Shown here: piece by piece, positions 55,911 to 64,000 of the stretch
How the letters are laid out: the number at the start of each line of letters is the position of its first letter
How positions within the stretch are numbered: the first letter of the stretch is position 1
Position numbers and translations under genes: made by a program
From: Halobacteriota archaeon
Lineage (GTDB): Archaea; Halobacteriota; Bog-38; Methanoflorentales; Methanoflorentaceae
DNA: 64,000 nucleotides
Reading direction: 5' to 3'
NCBI GenBank assembly: GCA_050013755.1
Contig: JBEKER010000004.1
Coordinates: 8,316 to 72,315 of the forward strand
Notes under the pieces: generated by a model
Told to the model about the DNA's origin: nothing
What the model saw: only the letters and a program-made list of their open reading frames with translations
The model's database searches: none

Positions 55911-56130
55911 TTTTTTGTCCCTCCACCCGTCACTTGTGTGCGCTCAGATGGCATCATGTGTGTCACGTCGCGCCGCAGTGAATGCTACTTTCGCCAAGCT
56001 CATCGTTAAGAGTCACTCAGAGCACTTGCACGGCCTTTGCTTCGGTCGTCCGCTGATACTTGTAACCCTTGAAACCTAGCGGTCCGTGATGCTTCTGAGT
56101 TCACGCTTTCGCTCAATCGTGGAACCGAGT

Positions 56131-56523
56131 TTAGGCTGTTTTTCTTCGTGACTTCGTAAGTGCGGGCGAATTCTGCGCTTCAAACACACACGCGGCGCCA
56201 TCGGCGCAATCGTTCAACTTCGTTTCAAACACGTGGGTGACGGCAGAAAACGTTACCTCCACAAAGTCGATGCCCCTTGAAGTCAACTGTACGAGGTGAG
56301 AAAGGGATTCGTGGCGCTGCTCGATAATTCCTTTGTTCATAAAATAGCTGACTACAGACACGCACGTGTGGTGATCGAAACCCAGTTTTCGTCTGATCGT
56401 ACGAACGTCCCCGCAGGTGCAGGTGTCGCCTTGCGTCACTGAATAGAGCGTATGGATAAACTGGTCTTGCTTGCATCGCAAGTCGTCTAGGTGCCGTTGC
56501 ATAAGCTCTCCTTTGTCATGCAT
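56131..56523 (-). CDS. small wHTH-like protein (paralog type of 44617-44865) with C-terminal extension
   Basis: KQDQFIHTLYSVTQG...VVSYFMNKGIIEQ...LTSRGIDFVE parallels ORF 44617. Confidence 0.45.
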   Translation of the reverse strand: MHDKGELMQRHLDDLRCKQDQFIHTLYSVTQGDTCTCGDVRTIRRKLGFDHHTCVSVVSYFMNKGIIEQRHESLSHLVQLTSRGIDFVEVTFSAVTHVFETKLNDCADGAACVFEAQNSPALTKSRRKTA

Positions 56524-56706
56524 TTATTATTCATTCCAAAGCTCAAATAACTTCGTCAGGGAAAAATGTTAATACACTTTTTAGGCGAATCCTCCAGCCA
56601 AACTCCTTCTCGCGCCTCGAAATCTCGGTACGGTGGTTGCGTCATGAGCTTTGGCGTTGATCGGCTGCTTCCTCGCGCGGCGCAAGGGCGGTGGCAATCG
56701 GGGACA

Positions 56707-56925
56707 CTAACGCGATGACTTGCTTAGGCTGCAAGATCGCGTGCGTGCCGGTGTGGCGCGTTTCTTGAACCGTATTCCGCCATCTCCGGGATAGGGGTCG
56801 CGATGATCGTGCTCCCCGTAGCGGATATCCGCAGGAATCCCCGTAGGAAACGCTTCGCACGTAGTCGTTAAGTTCAGGTACCGGTGAGCGCATTGAAAGC
56901 AGCGCGGAATATGAGCGAGCAGCAT
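56707..56925 (-). CDS. small Cys/His-containing hypothetical protein
   Basis: CFQC...[31 protein letters not shown]; pattern looks conserved-protein-like but unverified. Confidence 0.3.
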   Translation of the reverse strand: MLLAHIPRCFQCAHRYLNLTTTCEAFPTGIPADIRYGEHDHRDPYPGDGGIRFKKRATPARTRSCSLSKSSR

Positions 56926-57140
56926 CTATGGTCCCCATGCGTCTTAAAGCGCACTACGTCAATGAAGCCTCGCCGAGAGCGTGGCGAAATAACTCGGAGC
57001 GAGCGGTACCTCGTCTTTGGATAATTACTCAAGCGCTCAAGCGGCCATTGCGCTGCGTCGAGTTTGATCCTCTATAGCAACGCAGGCGGTTTGAAAAGCG
57101 GCACATAAGCTTATAACCCCCGCGCTGTAATCTCGGCTAT

Positions 57141-57929
57141 ATGCACATCGGTAAGTCAGTGCGCCTTGAGCGTATTTTTAACCGCGACACGAGCAATACT
57201 ATCATCGTGCCGATGGACCACGGCGTCAGCGTAGGCCCCATCAGAGGCCTCGAAGATCTCCGCGTCGCCGTCAACAGGGTCGCCGAGGGCGGGGCCAATG
57301 CCGTGCTCGGGCATATCGGCCTGGCAAAACACGGATACCGAGGCTATGGTCGTGACGTGGGGCTGATAATGCATCTCTCAGCGAGCACCTCGCTTGCTCC
57401 CGATCCAAATCGCAAGGTGCTCGTAAAGACCGTTGAAGAGGCCATCAAATTTGGCGCGGACGCCGTCAGCGTTCACGTGAACGTTGGGGCGCAGAATGAA
57501 TCTGAAATGCTCGCCACACTTGGACATATTTCGGAACGGTGCGACTATTGGGGCATGCCTCTGCTTGCGATGATGTACCCGCGAGGCGACAAGGTCGATG
57601 ATGAACACGACGTTGAGCACGTGAAACTCGCCGCGCGCGTTGGCGCAGAACTGGGGGCCGATATCGTCAAGACGAATTATACGGGCGAGGTCGATACCTT
57701 CAAGGAAGTCATCGCCGGATGCCCCGTGCCGGTGGTGGTCGCGGGTGGTCCGCAAATGGACACTGAGCTCGAGCTGCTGCAGATGGTGAGAGACTCGATC
57801 GATGCAGGGGGGCGTGGCGTCTCGATAGGCAGGAACATATTTCAGGCGAAGGATCCGACCAGCTTAGTGAGAAAAATCGCGCGTGTGGTGCACGAAGGTT
57901 ACGACGTCGACGAGGCCGTGCGACGGTAG
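57141..57929 (+). CDS. second DhnA-family class-I aldolase / ADH-synthase paralog
   Basis: About two thirds identical by eye to ORF 41379-42176 ([33 protein letters not shown]). Confidence 0.85.
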   Translation: MHIGKSVRLERIFNRDTSNTIIVPMDHGVSVGPIRGLEDLRVAVNRVAEGGANAVLGHIGLAKHGYRGYGRDVGLIMHLSASTSLAPDPNRKVLVKTVEEAIKFGADAVSVHVNVGAQNESEMLATLGHISERCDYWGMPLLAMMYPRGDKVDDEHDVEHVKLAARVGAELGADIVKTNYTGEVDTFKEVIAGCPVPVVVAGGPQMDTELELLQMVRDSIDAGGRGVSIGRNIFQAKDPTSLVRKIARVVHEGYDVDEAVRR

Positions 57930-58069
57930 TCCGGCGTCGCTGTTCAACTCCAGCGACGGCCCCGCTATCTTAGGATGGGCCGCATCACGTCCGCCGACGG
58001 TTTGCAGATTCGTGGCGTACGCTCCTCGTTTTTCAAAATCTAACAGGCGCTGCCGCGGCCAACATGAGT

Positions 58070-58537
58070 TCAGTCCAAATACTGGCTGACGAATCGCTTA
58101 AGCCACGTTTTTGCACCAGAGAGTGTCAACAACATAAGAACGCCTCCTGACACACCTCGCCGCAAGGCCGTCCGCGTGAGGAGCCACATCAACGTGAAGC
58201 GCGCGACGTGACGCTCGAGGATAGCGACCATCCGGGTGGTCGCCCAAGTGGCAACGATCGTGATCCACAGCAAGGCAAGAGCAAAGAGACTTAACGGGAA
58301 CGAAATCAGTCGGTCGATAAACAGCGTGCCACAAATGCCGACAGCAAGAAGAATTGCCGTCGTGCGCCAAAGAGCAAATCGGCGCTTTCGGCGACGCAGC
58401 ATCTGGTCGATGAACCCGTCTATAATCTGTTCTCGGTACTCAGGGGTTTCGTTCACCGCCATAATGACGGCTTCGAGGTCCTCAGAGACTTGACCGGCTT
58501 GCATACTAAACCATAGCACAGAGAGGTATATATACAC
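58070..58537 (-). CDS. hypothetical membrane protein
   Basis: 155 aa, three or four hydrophobic segments. Confidence 0.45.
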   Translation of the reverse strand: MYIYLSVLWFSMQAGQVSEDLEAVIMAVNETPEYREQIIDGFIDQMLRRRKRRFALWRTTAILLAVGICGTLFIDRLISFPLSLFALALLWITIVATWATTRMVAILERHVARFTLMWLLTRTALRRGVSGGVLMLLTLSGAKTWLKRFVSQYLD

Positions 58538-58555
58538 ACCTTAACGTGCGACGGG

Positions 58556-59824
58556 CTACCGCCTTCTGCTTGCGACGTACGCGACGATTACCAGTCCGAC
58601 GACAGCTAAGGGCACCTCGAAGCCGGGTATCGGGCTTCCGCTCTTGGCCGCAGCGACGGTCGGGTTGCCGATTTGGATGGGAATCGTTCGATTTTCGCTC
58701 GTGAGGTTTCCGCTGGTCGCGTGGAAGTTAAGGTCGTAGTTGCCTGAAGCGCCACTCGCTGCGGTGATATTCACCAAGAAGACCGCTGTTGAATTGGATG
58801 CGATATCAGAAGCGCCTCCGTTGTCGACGCTGATGTCTTTTGGCAGGTCCTGGAAGACGAGGTATGTGGAGCTTGCGGTGTCGGCGCCTCGGTTAAGCAC
58901 CGTAACATTGACCGCGACGGTGCTGTTTTGGTAGGAGGGCGCAGAGATCGCCGTGATGGTTAGCGTGGTGTTGCTCTTCGTGGCGTTGGTTTCGTTCAAA
59001 ATGTTTGTCGCTTTGGTGGCATTGCTAGTGGCATTATTGCCTTGGGTCGCGTTGTGACTCGATATGGTTAAATTCGCCTGGGTCACTTGGATATAGACCT
59101 GGCCGACGGCGCCCTCGGGCAAGTTTGGCGAGAGCTGCACATTCCAACCGACGAGGCCGTGTCCGAGCAGCATCTCAGCAGGTACCGCGGTGTCGTTTGG
59201 ATTGTCGGTGAGGCCACTCAAGTCCGCCGTTACGTGCGTTTTCATCTTCTGCTGATCGAAACTGGCGTTCGAGGCACTCCACGTCGACGGGTCGCCACTA
59301 TGACAAAGCGCGCAGTTGTTGAGGACGTCTGCCTGAACCTGAACGAATCCGGCGGGGCTGATGCGAGTAGTGGCCTTGCCGTCGACCAGGAACGAAATCT
59401 GCGGGGTCGCCGGATTGGTGATAGTGACGGGGGCAACCTTGGGGGTGGAGTTGTCTGAATCGGTCACCCGAATCAGGTACTGGCCTGTAGTCAGGTTGAC
59501 CTGTGGGACCCAGCGGTACTCGATTGCACCGCTCGTGCCTTGGATCATGTTGTTCGTGCCGCCGTCTTTGACAACTGCGATGGACGTCCACACACTTCCA
59601 TCATCGTCGATGCCGTTTTTATTCGCGTCATAGTAGTACTCGATCTTTGCCGTATCGCCTGGCTTGCCGAGATTGGACTGTATGAGGACAGCGCCTCCGG
59701 CATTGACCTGCTTCTTGTCAACAGAAACCATGGTCGTCGCGGCGATCGGAGCGGCAATAAAGGCAGCGATAAGCGTGGCGACTATGAAAATAGGTATACA
59801 CCAACGTACGCGCTCTCTCTTCAT
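58556..59824 (-). CDS. secreted, heavily N-glycosylatable surface protein with PGF-CTERM anchor
   Basis: N-terminal signal peptide; dense N-x-S/T sequons (NATQGNNATSNATKATNILNETNATKSNTT); C-terminus SPIPGFEVPLAVVGLVIVAYVASRRR. Confidence 0.8.
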   Translation of the reverse strand: MKRERVRWCIPIFIVATLIAAFIAAPIAATTMVSVDKKQVNAGGAVLIQSNLGKPGDTAKIEYYYDANKNGIDDDGSVWTSIAVVKDGGTNNMIQGTSGAIEYRWVPQVNLTTGQYLIRVTDSDNSTPKVAPVTITNPATPQISFLVDGKATTRISPAGFVQVQADVLNNCALCHSGDPSTWSASNASFDQQKMKTHVTADLSGLTDNPNDTAVPAEMLLGHGLVGWNVQLSPNLPEGAVGQVYIQVTQANLTISSHNATQGNNATSNATKATNILNETNATKSNTTLTITAISAPSYQNSTVAVNVTVLNRGADTASSTYLVFQDLPKDISVDNGGASDIASNSTAVFLVNITAASGASGNYDLNFHATSGNLTSENRTIPIQIGNPTVAAAKSGSPIPGFEVPLAVVGLVIVAYVASRRR

Positions 59825-59925
59825 GAGACATCACATCGCAAAAACGGACGGCTCAGCCCTGCACGCATGGTGAAACGTATAGCTATAAAAACGCTTCGAA
59901 CCTGACGTATCGGCGCACACGCGAG

Positions 59926-60786
59926 CTAAGGGCTATTTTTGGCTGCGTTTAGCTGCCCCCTCTGTGTATCCGCGAGCACGTGGTCAATGCGCTGCATGGC
60001 GTCGACGGAGTTGTCCCACAGAAGCTCGAAGCTGGCCTCGAGATATTGTGCATATTCGGGGCTATTCGTCCAGAACGCGGTATCAGCTGCGTCTTTTCCG
60101 TGGCGGAGCGTATCAAACGTTATGGTCGTCAGACTTTCGTGGCCGTCGGCGACAAGAAAGCGCATCCCAGCGTAGTCGTCGTGGTGGCGGACCTCGATGC
60201 CCCCTGCAAGAGCCTCTCGGACCGAATCGATGTTGCGCTGCAGGATTTCGGTGATGTACCGCACGCGAACGCCTTTAGTTGTCGCGTCGATAAAACACTC
60301 GAGCAGCCCGCTTAAAGAGAGTATTGGAATGCCGCCGAGTGACGAAATGAATGCGACGCGTTCTTCGGCGGTCTTAACAAGCTGCTCCATGGAGGCGAGC
60401 GTGCTAGAACGGCCCTTTATCACTTTGAACGTATGAAGGTCGTTCGCGAGGACGTCACTGGACAAGTACTCGTGTGCGAGCTTTGACACTTCATCCCGAT
60501 TCTCTTCCATCCAGCGAAGCTCATACGCGTGGCGCATCATAGCGGCCTCGAGCGCCGCTTCGATTGAAACCGCCGCGTATTTTGTCGGCTTCTCGACCGA
60601 CTCTTCGACCATTCCTTTTTCAGCAAGCGTTTCCAGGATCCGATACACGTCGACGCGATAGCTGTGCAGGAGCTTGGCCAGCTCGCCCGTCGTTTTCGGA
60701 CCGTACTTCAGCAACAATGCGTACAGGTGAGCCTCTTTCGCGCTAAGGCCGAAAGCTTCTAGCTTTTCAATTAACGCCTGCTGCAT
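59926..60786 (-). CDS. TrmB-family transcriptional regulator
   Basis: LIEKLEAFGLSAKEAHLYALLLKYGPKTTGELAKLLHSYRVDVYRILETLAEKGMV plus a TrmB C-terminal domain; start chosen at MQQALIEK. Confidence 0.8.
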   Translation of the reverse strand: MQQALIEKLEAFGLSAKEAHLYALLLKYGPKTTGELAKLLHSYRVDVYRILETLAEKGMVEESVEKPTKYAAVSIEAALEAAMMRHAYELRWMEENRDEVSKLAHEYLSSDVLANDLHTFKVIKGRSSTLASMEQLVKTAEERVAFISSLGGIPILSLSGLLECFIDATTKGVRVRYITEILQRNIDSVREALAGGIEVRHHDDYAGMRFLVADGHESLTTITFDTLRHGKDAADTAFWTNSPEYAQYLEASFELLWDNSVDAMQRIDHVLADTQRGQLNAAKNSP

Positions 60787-61171
60787 AGGCGGGAATACGT
60801 AGCGGTTGGACTTATGCCTTTGGGTCGCACTTTGCGCGCTGGGGACGCTCCTTGTTCGATACGCTCGCAAGAGGGAGCCTGGCTCATTTTTGCTGAGCGA
60901 AGCGAAAAAAGCTCTCGCAATTTCTTGGGAAAGGCGCCGGTCCACTGTGTTCAAAGAGGTCGCGTGTAGCTCCTGTCGCTAAGGTGATTCGTGAAGCTTT
61001 CAGCCCGTTCGCGCTTAAAAAAACGCAGCGCCTAGGCTTCGAAAAAGAACACAAACGTTATAGCGTTACTCTTCATTGTATGCTTTAGGATAAGCTGCGA
61101 GCAGTCCCGTCACGCAGTGTGCGTGAATTGGGCAACCTGATCTTCTGCTGAAGTGGTGTTAGCGAGGTCGA

Positions 61172-61402
61172 ATGAGCGACATTAAATGGCAGATCTTTGA
61201 TACCGGGTACCTTCCGCTGCGTCGTTGTTCGCTGTGCAAAAACGAGACAAAATTTGATGCCTCGGCGACAGCGTGCTACTACTGCGCGCGTTTGAAGCAG
61301 TGGACCCTACCGATGTTCGAATGCCCTTTTTGGGAAGCTCAAGGCGATTGGATACAGTGGTACAGCTACTGCACCGAATCAAGGGCCCACAAAAGCCTCT
61401 AG
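61172..61402 (+). CDS. possible small zinc-ribbon protein
   Basis: CSLC-(13)-CYYC; no SD seen; weak. Confidence 0.25.
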   Translation: MSDIKWQIFDTGYLPLRRCSLCKNETKFDASATACYYCARLKQWTLPMFECPFWEAQGDWIQWYSYCTESRAHKSL

Positions 61403-61507
61403 CGCTTCTCTAAGTTTTGAGAGCAGGGGCGCCTTTGCGGCCTTCACCTGGTCACCACGAAACGACTCAGCAGCGACGGTGTTCAGCAGCCCAGTTGCGC
61501 AAACAGC

Positions 61508-62080
61508 CTAAAGTATCCCCTTTGTGCTCCGCACGCCCTCTCGGGGCTGTAGCGCGTCATTGAGGGCGACGCCAAGCGCTTTGAAAATAGCCTCGATCGT
61601 GTGATGATCATCGGTGCCGTAGGCGTTCACATGAATCGTTAGCATGGCGTGAGACGCGAGCGATTGGATGAAGTGTTTCACCAAGCTGGCATCGATGCCG
61701 TCGACGCCTGAGGCGATCGTCGTATTAAAAACCAGGTAGCTCCGTCCAGCTGCATCGACGGCGATGGTCGCGAGCGAATCGTCCATGGGAATAGTGGCAC
61801 TTCCGAACCGTTTGATGCCCTCCATGTTCGTGATCACACTTCTAAGAGCCATTCCGAGCGCGATGCCCACGTCCTCGACGACGTGATGGGGATTGCCGTC
61901 GCTTTGCACGGTAAGGCGCATCCCGATGCCACCATGCAGGGATAGCGCCTCGAGCATGTGCGTAAAAAATGGCACGCCGGTGTCAATGGCTCTCTCGGAA
62001 GCATCATCGAGATTAAGATGAAGGTCAATTTTGGTCTCTCTAGTCTTTCTCGCGACGTCAGCCGTGCGCATATCGATCAT
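61508..62080 (-). CDS. hisB: imidazoleglycerol-phosphate dehydratase
   Basis: RKTRETKIDL, TGVPFFTHMLE, HHVVEDVGIALG, DDHHTIEAIFKA, RSTKGIL. Confidence 0.9.
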   Translation of the reverse strand: MIDMRTADVARKTRETKIDLHLNLDDASERAIDTGVPFFTHMLEALSLHGGIGMRLTVQSDGNPHHVVEDVGIALGMALRSVITNMEGIKRFGSATIPMDDSLATIAVDAAGRSYLVFNTTIASGVDGIDASLVKHFIQSLASHAMLTIHVNAYGTDDHHTIEAIFKALGVALNDALQPREGVRSTKGIL

Positions 62081-62085
62081 ATACC

Positions 62086-62808
62086 CTAAACGTCACTCAC
62101 TATGTTAAACGCTTCGTTGAGGGTGAACTTGCCGGTGTATATTGCAGAGCCGATCACTACGCCAGCTGCGCCCGTCTGAGCAACCTCTCTGATGTCATCC
62201 AGAACGCCGATGCCGCCAGAAGCGATGACGGGGATGTCTACGTATTCCACGAGAGCACGGATGACGTCGCTACGTACCCCATTCATCCTCCCCTCCGTTT
62301 CCACGTCCGTAAAGAGCAGTGAACCTGCGCCTAGCTCTTGAAAGAGCAGGCCGAGCTCCTGTGGCCTCAAGCCGGAGCTTCGGGTCCAGCCCTCAATGAC
62401 CACCTCACCGCCCCGCGCGTCGACGGCCACCATAATGGATTCGCTGCCAAACTCACCACTCATGCTGTGGACAATGGTCGGATCTCGTACAGCAGCGGTG
62501 CCCAGAATCACCCTGTTTGCGCCGATCTGAAGCAAATCAGCGACGTCTTCATAGGCGCGAATCCCGCCGCCAACCTCGATAAACGCGTCGAGTTTTGCTA
62601 GCTTATAGATAAGCTTCAGGTTCCGCGGCTTTCCGAATGCGCCATCAAGATCGATGATGTGAAGGCGGTCAGCGCCACTATTGATCCAGTGTTCTGCGAC
62701 AGCAAGCGGGTCGTCGAGCGAAACGAGGACATCATCAGGGACCCCTCCGACAAGCTGGACACAGCGACCATTCTTGATATCAATGGCAGGAATAACCTCG
62801 AATGGCAC
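62086..62808 (-). CDS. hisA: ProFAR isomerase
   Basis: VIPAIDIKNGRCVQLVGG, HIIDLDGA, VGGGIR, ASGGIG. Confidence 0.9.
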   Translation of the reverse strand: MPFEVIPAIDIKNGRCVQLVGGVPDDVLVSLDDPLAVAEHWINSGADRLHIIDLDGAFGKPRNLKLIYKLAKLDAFIEVGGGIRAYEDVADLLQIGANRVILGTAAVRDPTIVHSMSGEFGSESIMVAVDARGGEVVIEGWTRSSGLRPQELGLLFQELGAGSLLFTDVETEGRMNGVRSDVIRALVEYVDIPVIASGGIGVLDDIREVAQTGAAGVVIGSAIYTGKFTLNEAFNIVSDV

Positions 62809-63046
62809 GATTTCAGCACATCCCTACGATAAGTCAATGCAATCGGTCTGTTTTGTATCGTATTAACTGTTTGTTAGCACGCACCGCTTGCCACAACGAG
62901 AGCGCAAAGCGATCAGGTGCCTTCTTATCTGCTACCTGGCTAGGGATCAGAAGGTGAACCGTAATACGTGGTGAGCCGGAACGCGATCAGCAAGACCACC
63001 AAGAGCTGCTTTGAGTCGAACGCCCGGGTGTAGTTCGGAGTGCGTC

Positions 63047-64000
63047 TTATCTGTTGGAGGTAACGGACGCCATATTCGCAAGCTGTTCGAGCACGACGAT
63101 TGCGGCCTGCTTGTCGAGCGGCTTGTTGTCATTTCCGCATTTCGGGGAGTAGATACACGCCGGGCATCCGATGTCACAGGAGCACTCTGCGACAAGCTCA
63201 CGGGTGACGGTGAAAATTTCAGCAATTAGCTCTACGGCTTTTTCCGCCAGGCCGATCCCCCCCTTAAAACCGTCGTAGATGAAGATCGTTGGGGCCGCGG
63301 TATCTGGGTGGCACGTGGTCGAAACGCCACCGATGTCCCACCTGTCGCACATAACGTGCAGCGGCATCATAGCGATCAGCGCGTGCTCGGCGCCGTGCAG
63401 ACCGCCGCCGATGTCGAGCTGCTCATTTGCCACGTGCGTGACGGCCTCATCCGGGACCGTGAACCACAGCGCCATCGTGGTGAAGCGGAGCGGCGGCAAA
63501 TCAAGGCTCTCGATTCCCACGACTTGATCGTAGCGGAGCGTCTTGTATCCAACGTACTGCTCAACGACTTCGACGATGCCGAATGACACCACGAGCGCAC
63601 TTTGAGCCCTTTTTTCGAGTTCTTTGACGATGCGAAGATCAACGGTTTTCATCGGTTCTGTGTGGTAATCCACGTTTTTCTTGCTCACAGAAACGATGCG
63701 GTTGGTCAAATCGAGCTGTTCGACGACGTAGGTCTCACCTTCGTGAAGCAGCACCGCCCCCGCGTGAACCTCTCGGTATGCGCGAGTCTTGTCGAGCGTT
63801 TCGAGGAGCCGCCCCTCGCAGAGCACTTTGAATATCTGAGAGGAGAGCGCGTTCAGGGGGACCGCCTCGGTGGCCCTGCCCCTGCCCGAGTACACCCACC
63901 CGTTTGAAGTGTCCTCGGCTAGGCCTTGTCGCTGCAGCTCCTCAAGCGATTCTGAGAGGAGACCAGGAAAGTACGCTGCGTCGTCAGGTAGCCGAAGCGG
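63047..64000 (-). CDS. C-terminal part of a large DEAD/DEAH-type helicase with DUF1998/MZB zinc domain (N-terminus beyond right edge)
   Basis: The frame stays open from 63895 to 64000 (PLRLPDDAAYFPGLL...); C-terminus CSCDIGCPACIYSPKCGNDNKPLDK is the DUF1998 4-Cys motif. Confidence 0.8.
   Translation of the reverse strand, partial: PLRLPDDAAYFPGLLSESLEELQRQGLAEDTSNGWVYSGRGRATEAVPLNALSSQIFKVLCEGRLLETLDKTRAYREVHAGAVLLHEGETYVVEQLDLTNRIVSVSKKNVDYHTEPMKTVDLRIVKELEKRAQSALVVSFGIVEVVEQYVGYKTLRYDQVVGIESLDLPPLRFTTMALWFTVPDEAVTHVANEQLDIGGGLHGAEHALIAMMPLHVMCDRWDIGGVSTTCHPDTAAPTIFIYDGFKGGIGLAEKAVELIAEIFTVTRELVAECSCDIGCPACIYSPKCGNDNKPLDKQAAIVVLEQLANMASVTSNR

Overview
Functions were called from motifs read by eye in the supplied ORF translations; no database search was possible. 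The window looks like a chromosomal segment of an anaerobic euryarchaeon. Evidence: the archaeal dehydroquinate route (ADH synthase plus DHQ synthase II), a PGF-CTERM surface glycoprotein, a GGAA-N6-TTCC (NrpR-type) operator in front of amt-glnK, and the methanogen-type homocysteine trio (COG1900-CBS, NIL-ferredoxin, COG2122).

Recognisable housekeeping blocks:
- fdhD
- amt-glnK
- thiN plus a PurM-like ATPase
- tyrA-aroE-aroD-aroB'-aroA' divergent from pheA
- hisA-hisB
- several glycosylation and envelope genes (two GT2 Dpm1-like, three or four GT-C-like membrane proteins, an epimerase)
- an MFS transporter, a nitroreductase and a TrmB regulator

The most unusual content is a dense run of sulfur and metallocentre genes between about 15.6 and 36.3 kb:
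- a possible 38-aa Cys-rich ORF
- TusA and a DsrE-like protein
- an IscS paralog lacking the PLP lysine
- IscU fused to a degenerate thioredoxin-reductase-like domain
- a radical SAM enzyme divergent from a 3-Cys LarE-like PP-loop ATPase
- a tightly coupled operon of a permease-less ABC ATPase, a UreG/HypB-like GTPase and a 4Fe-4S protein, facing a signal-less NMT1/SsuA-like protein
- a long-form ThiF/MoeB E1, TauE, a canonical NifS, and the homocysteine trio

I do not recognise the ABC/GTPase/Fe-S module as any named system. It is my best candidate for something undescribed.

Other observations:
- two divergent tRNA-Cys(GCA) genes
- a decayed cysS fragment inside a small gene graveyard
- a lower-GC islet with degraded IS4/IS5-type transposase remnants and unknown ORFs
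- a BshC/WbqC-like protein carrying a zinc ribbon
- a second gene-decay zone
- several long unexplained intergenic stretches

No CRISPR array, rRNA or recognisable defence system was seen.
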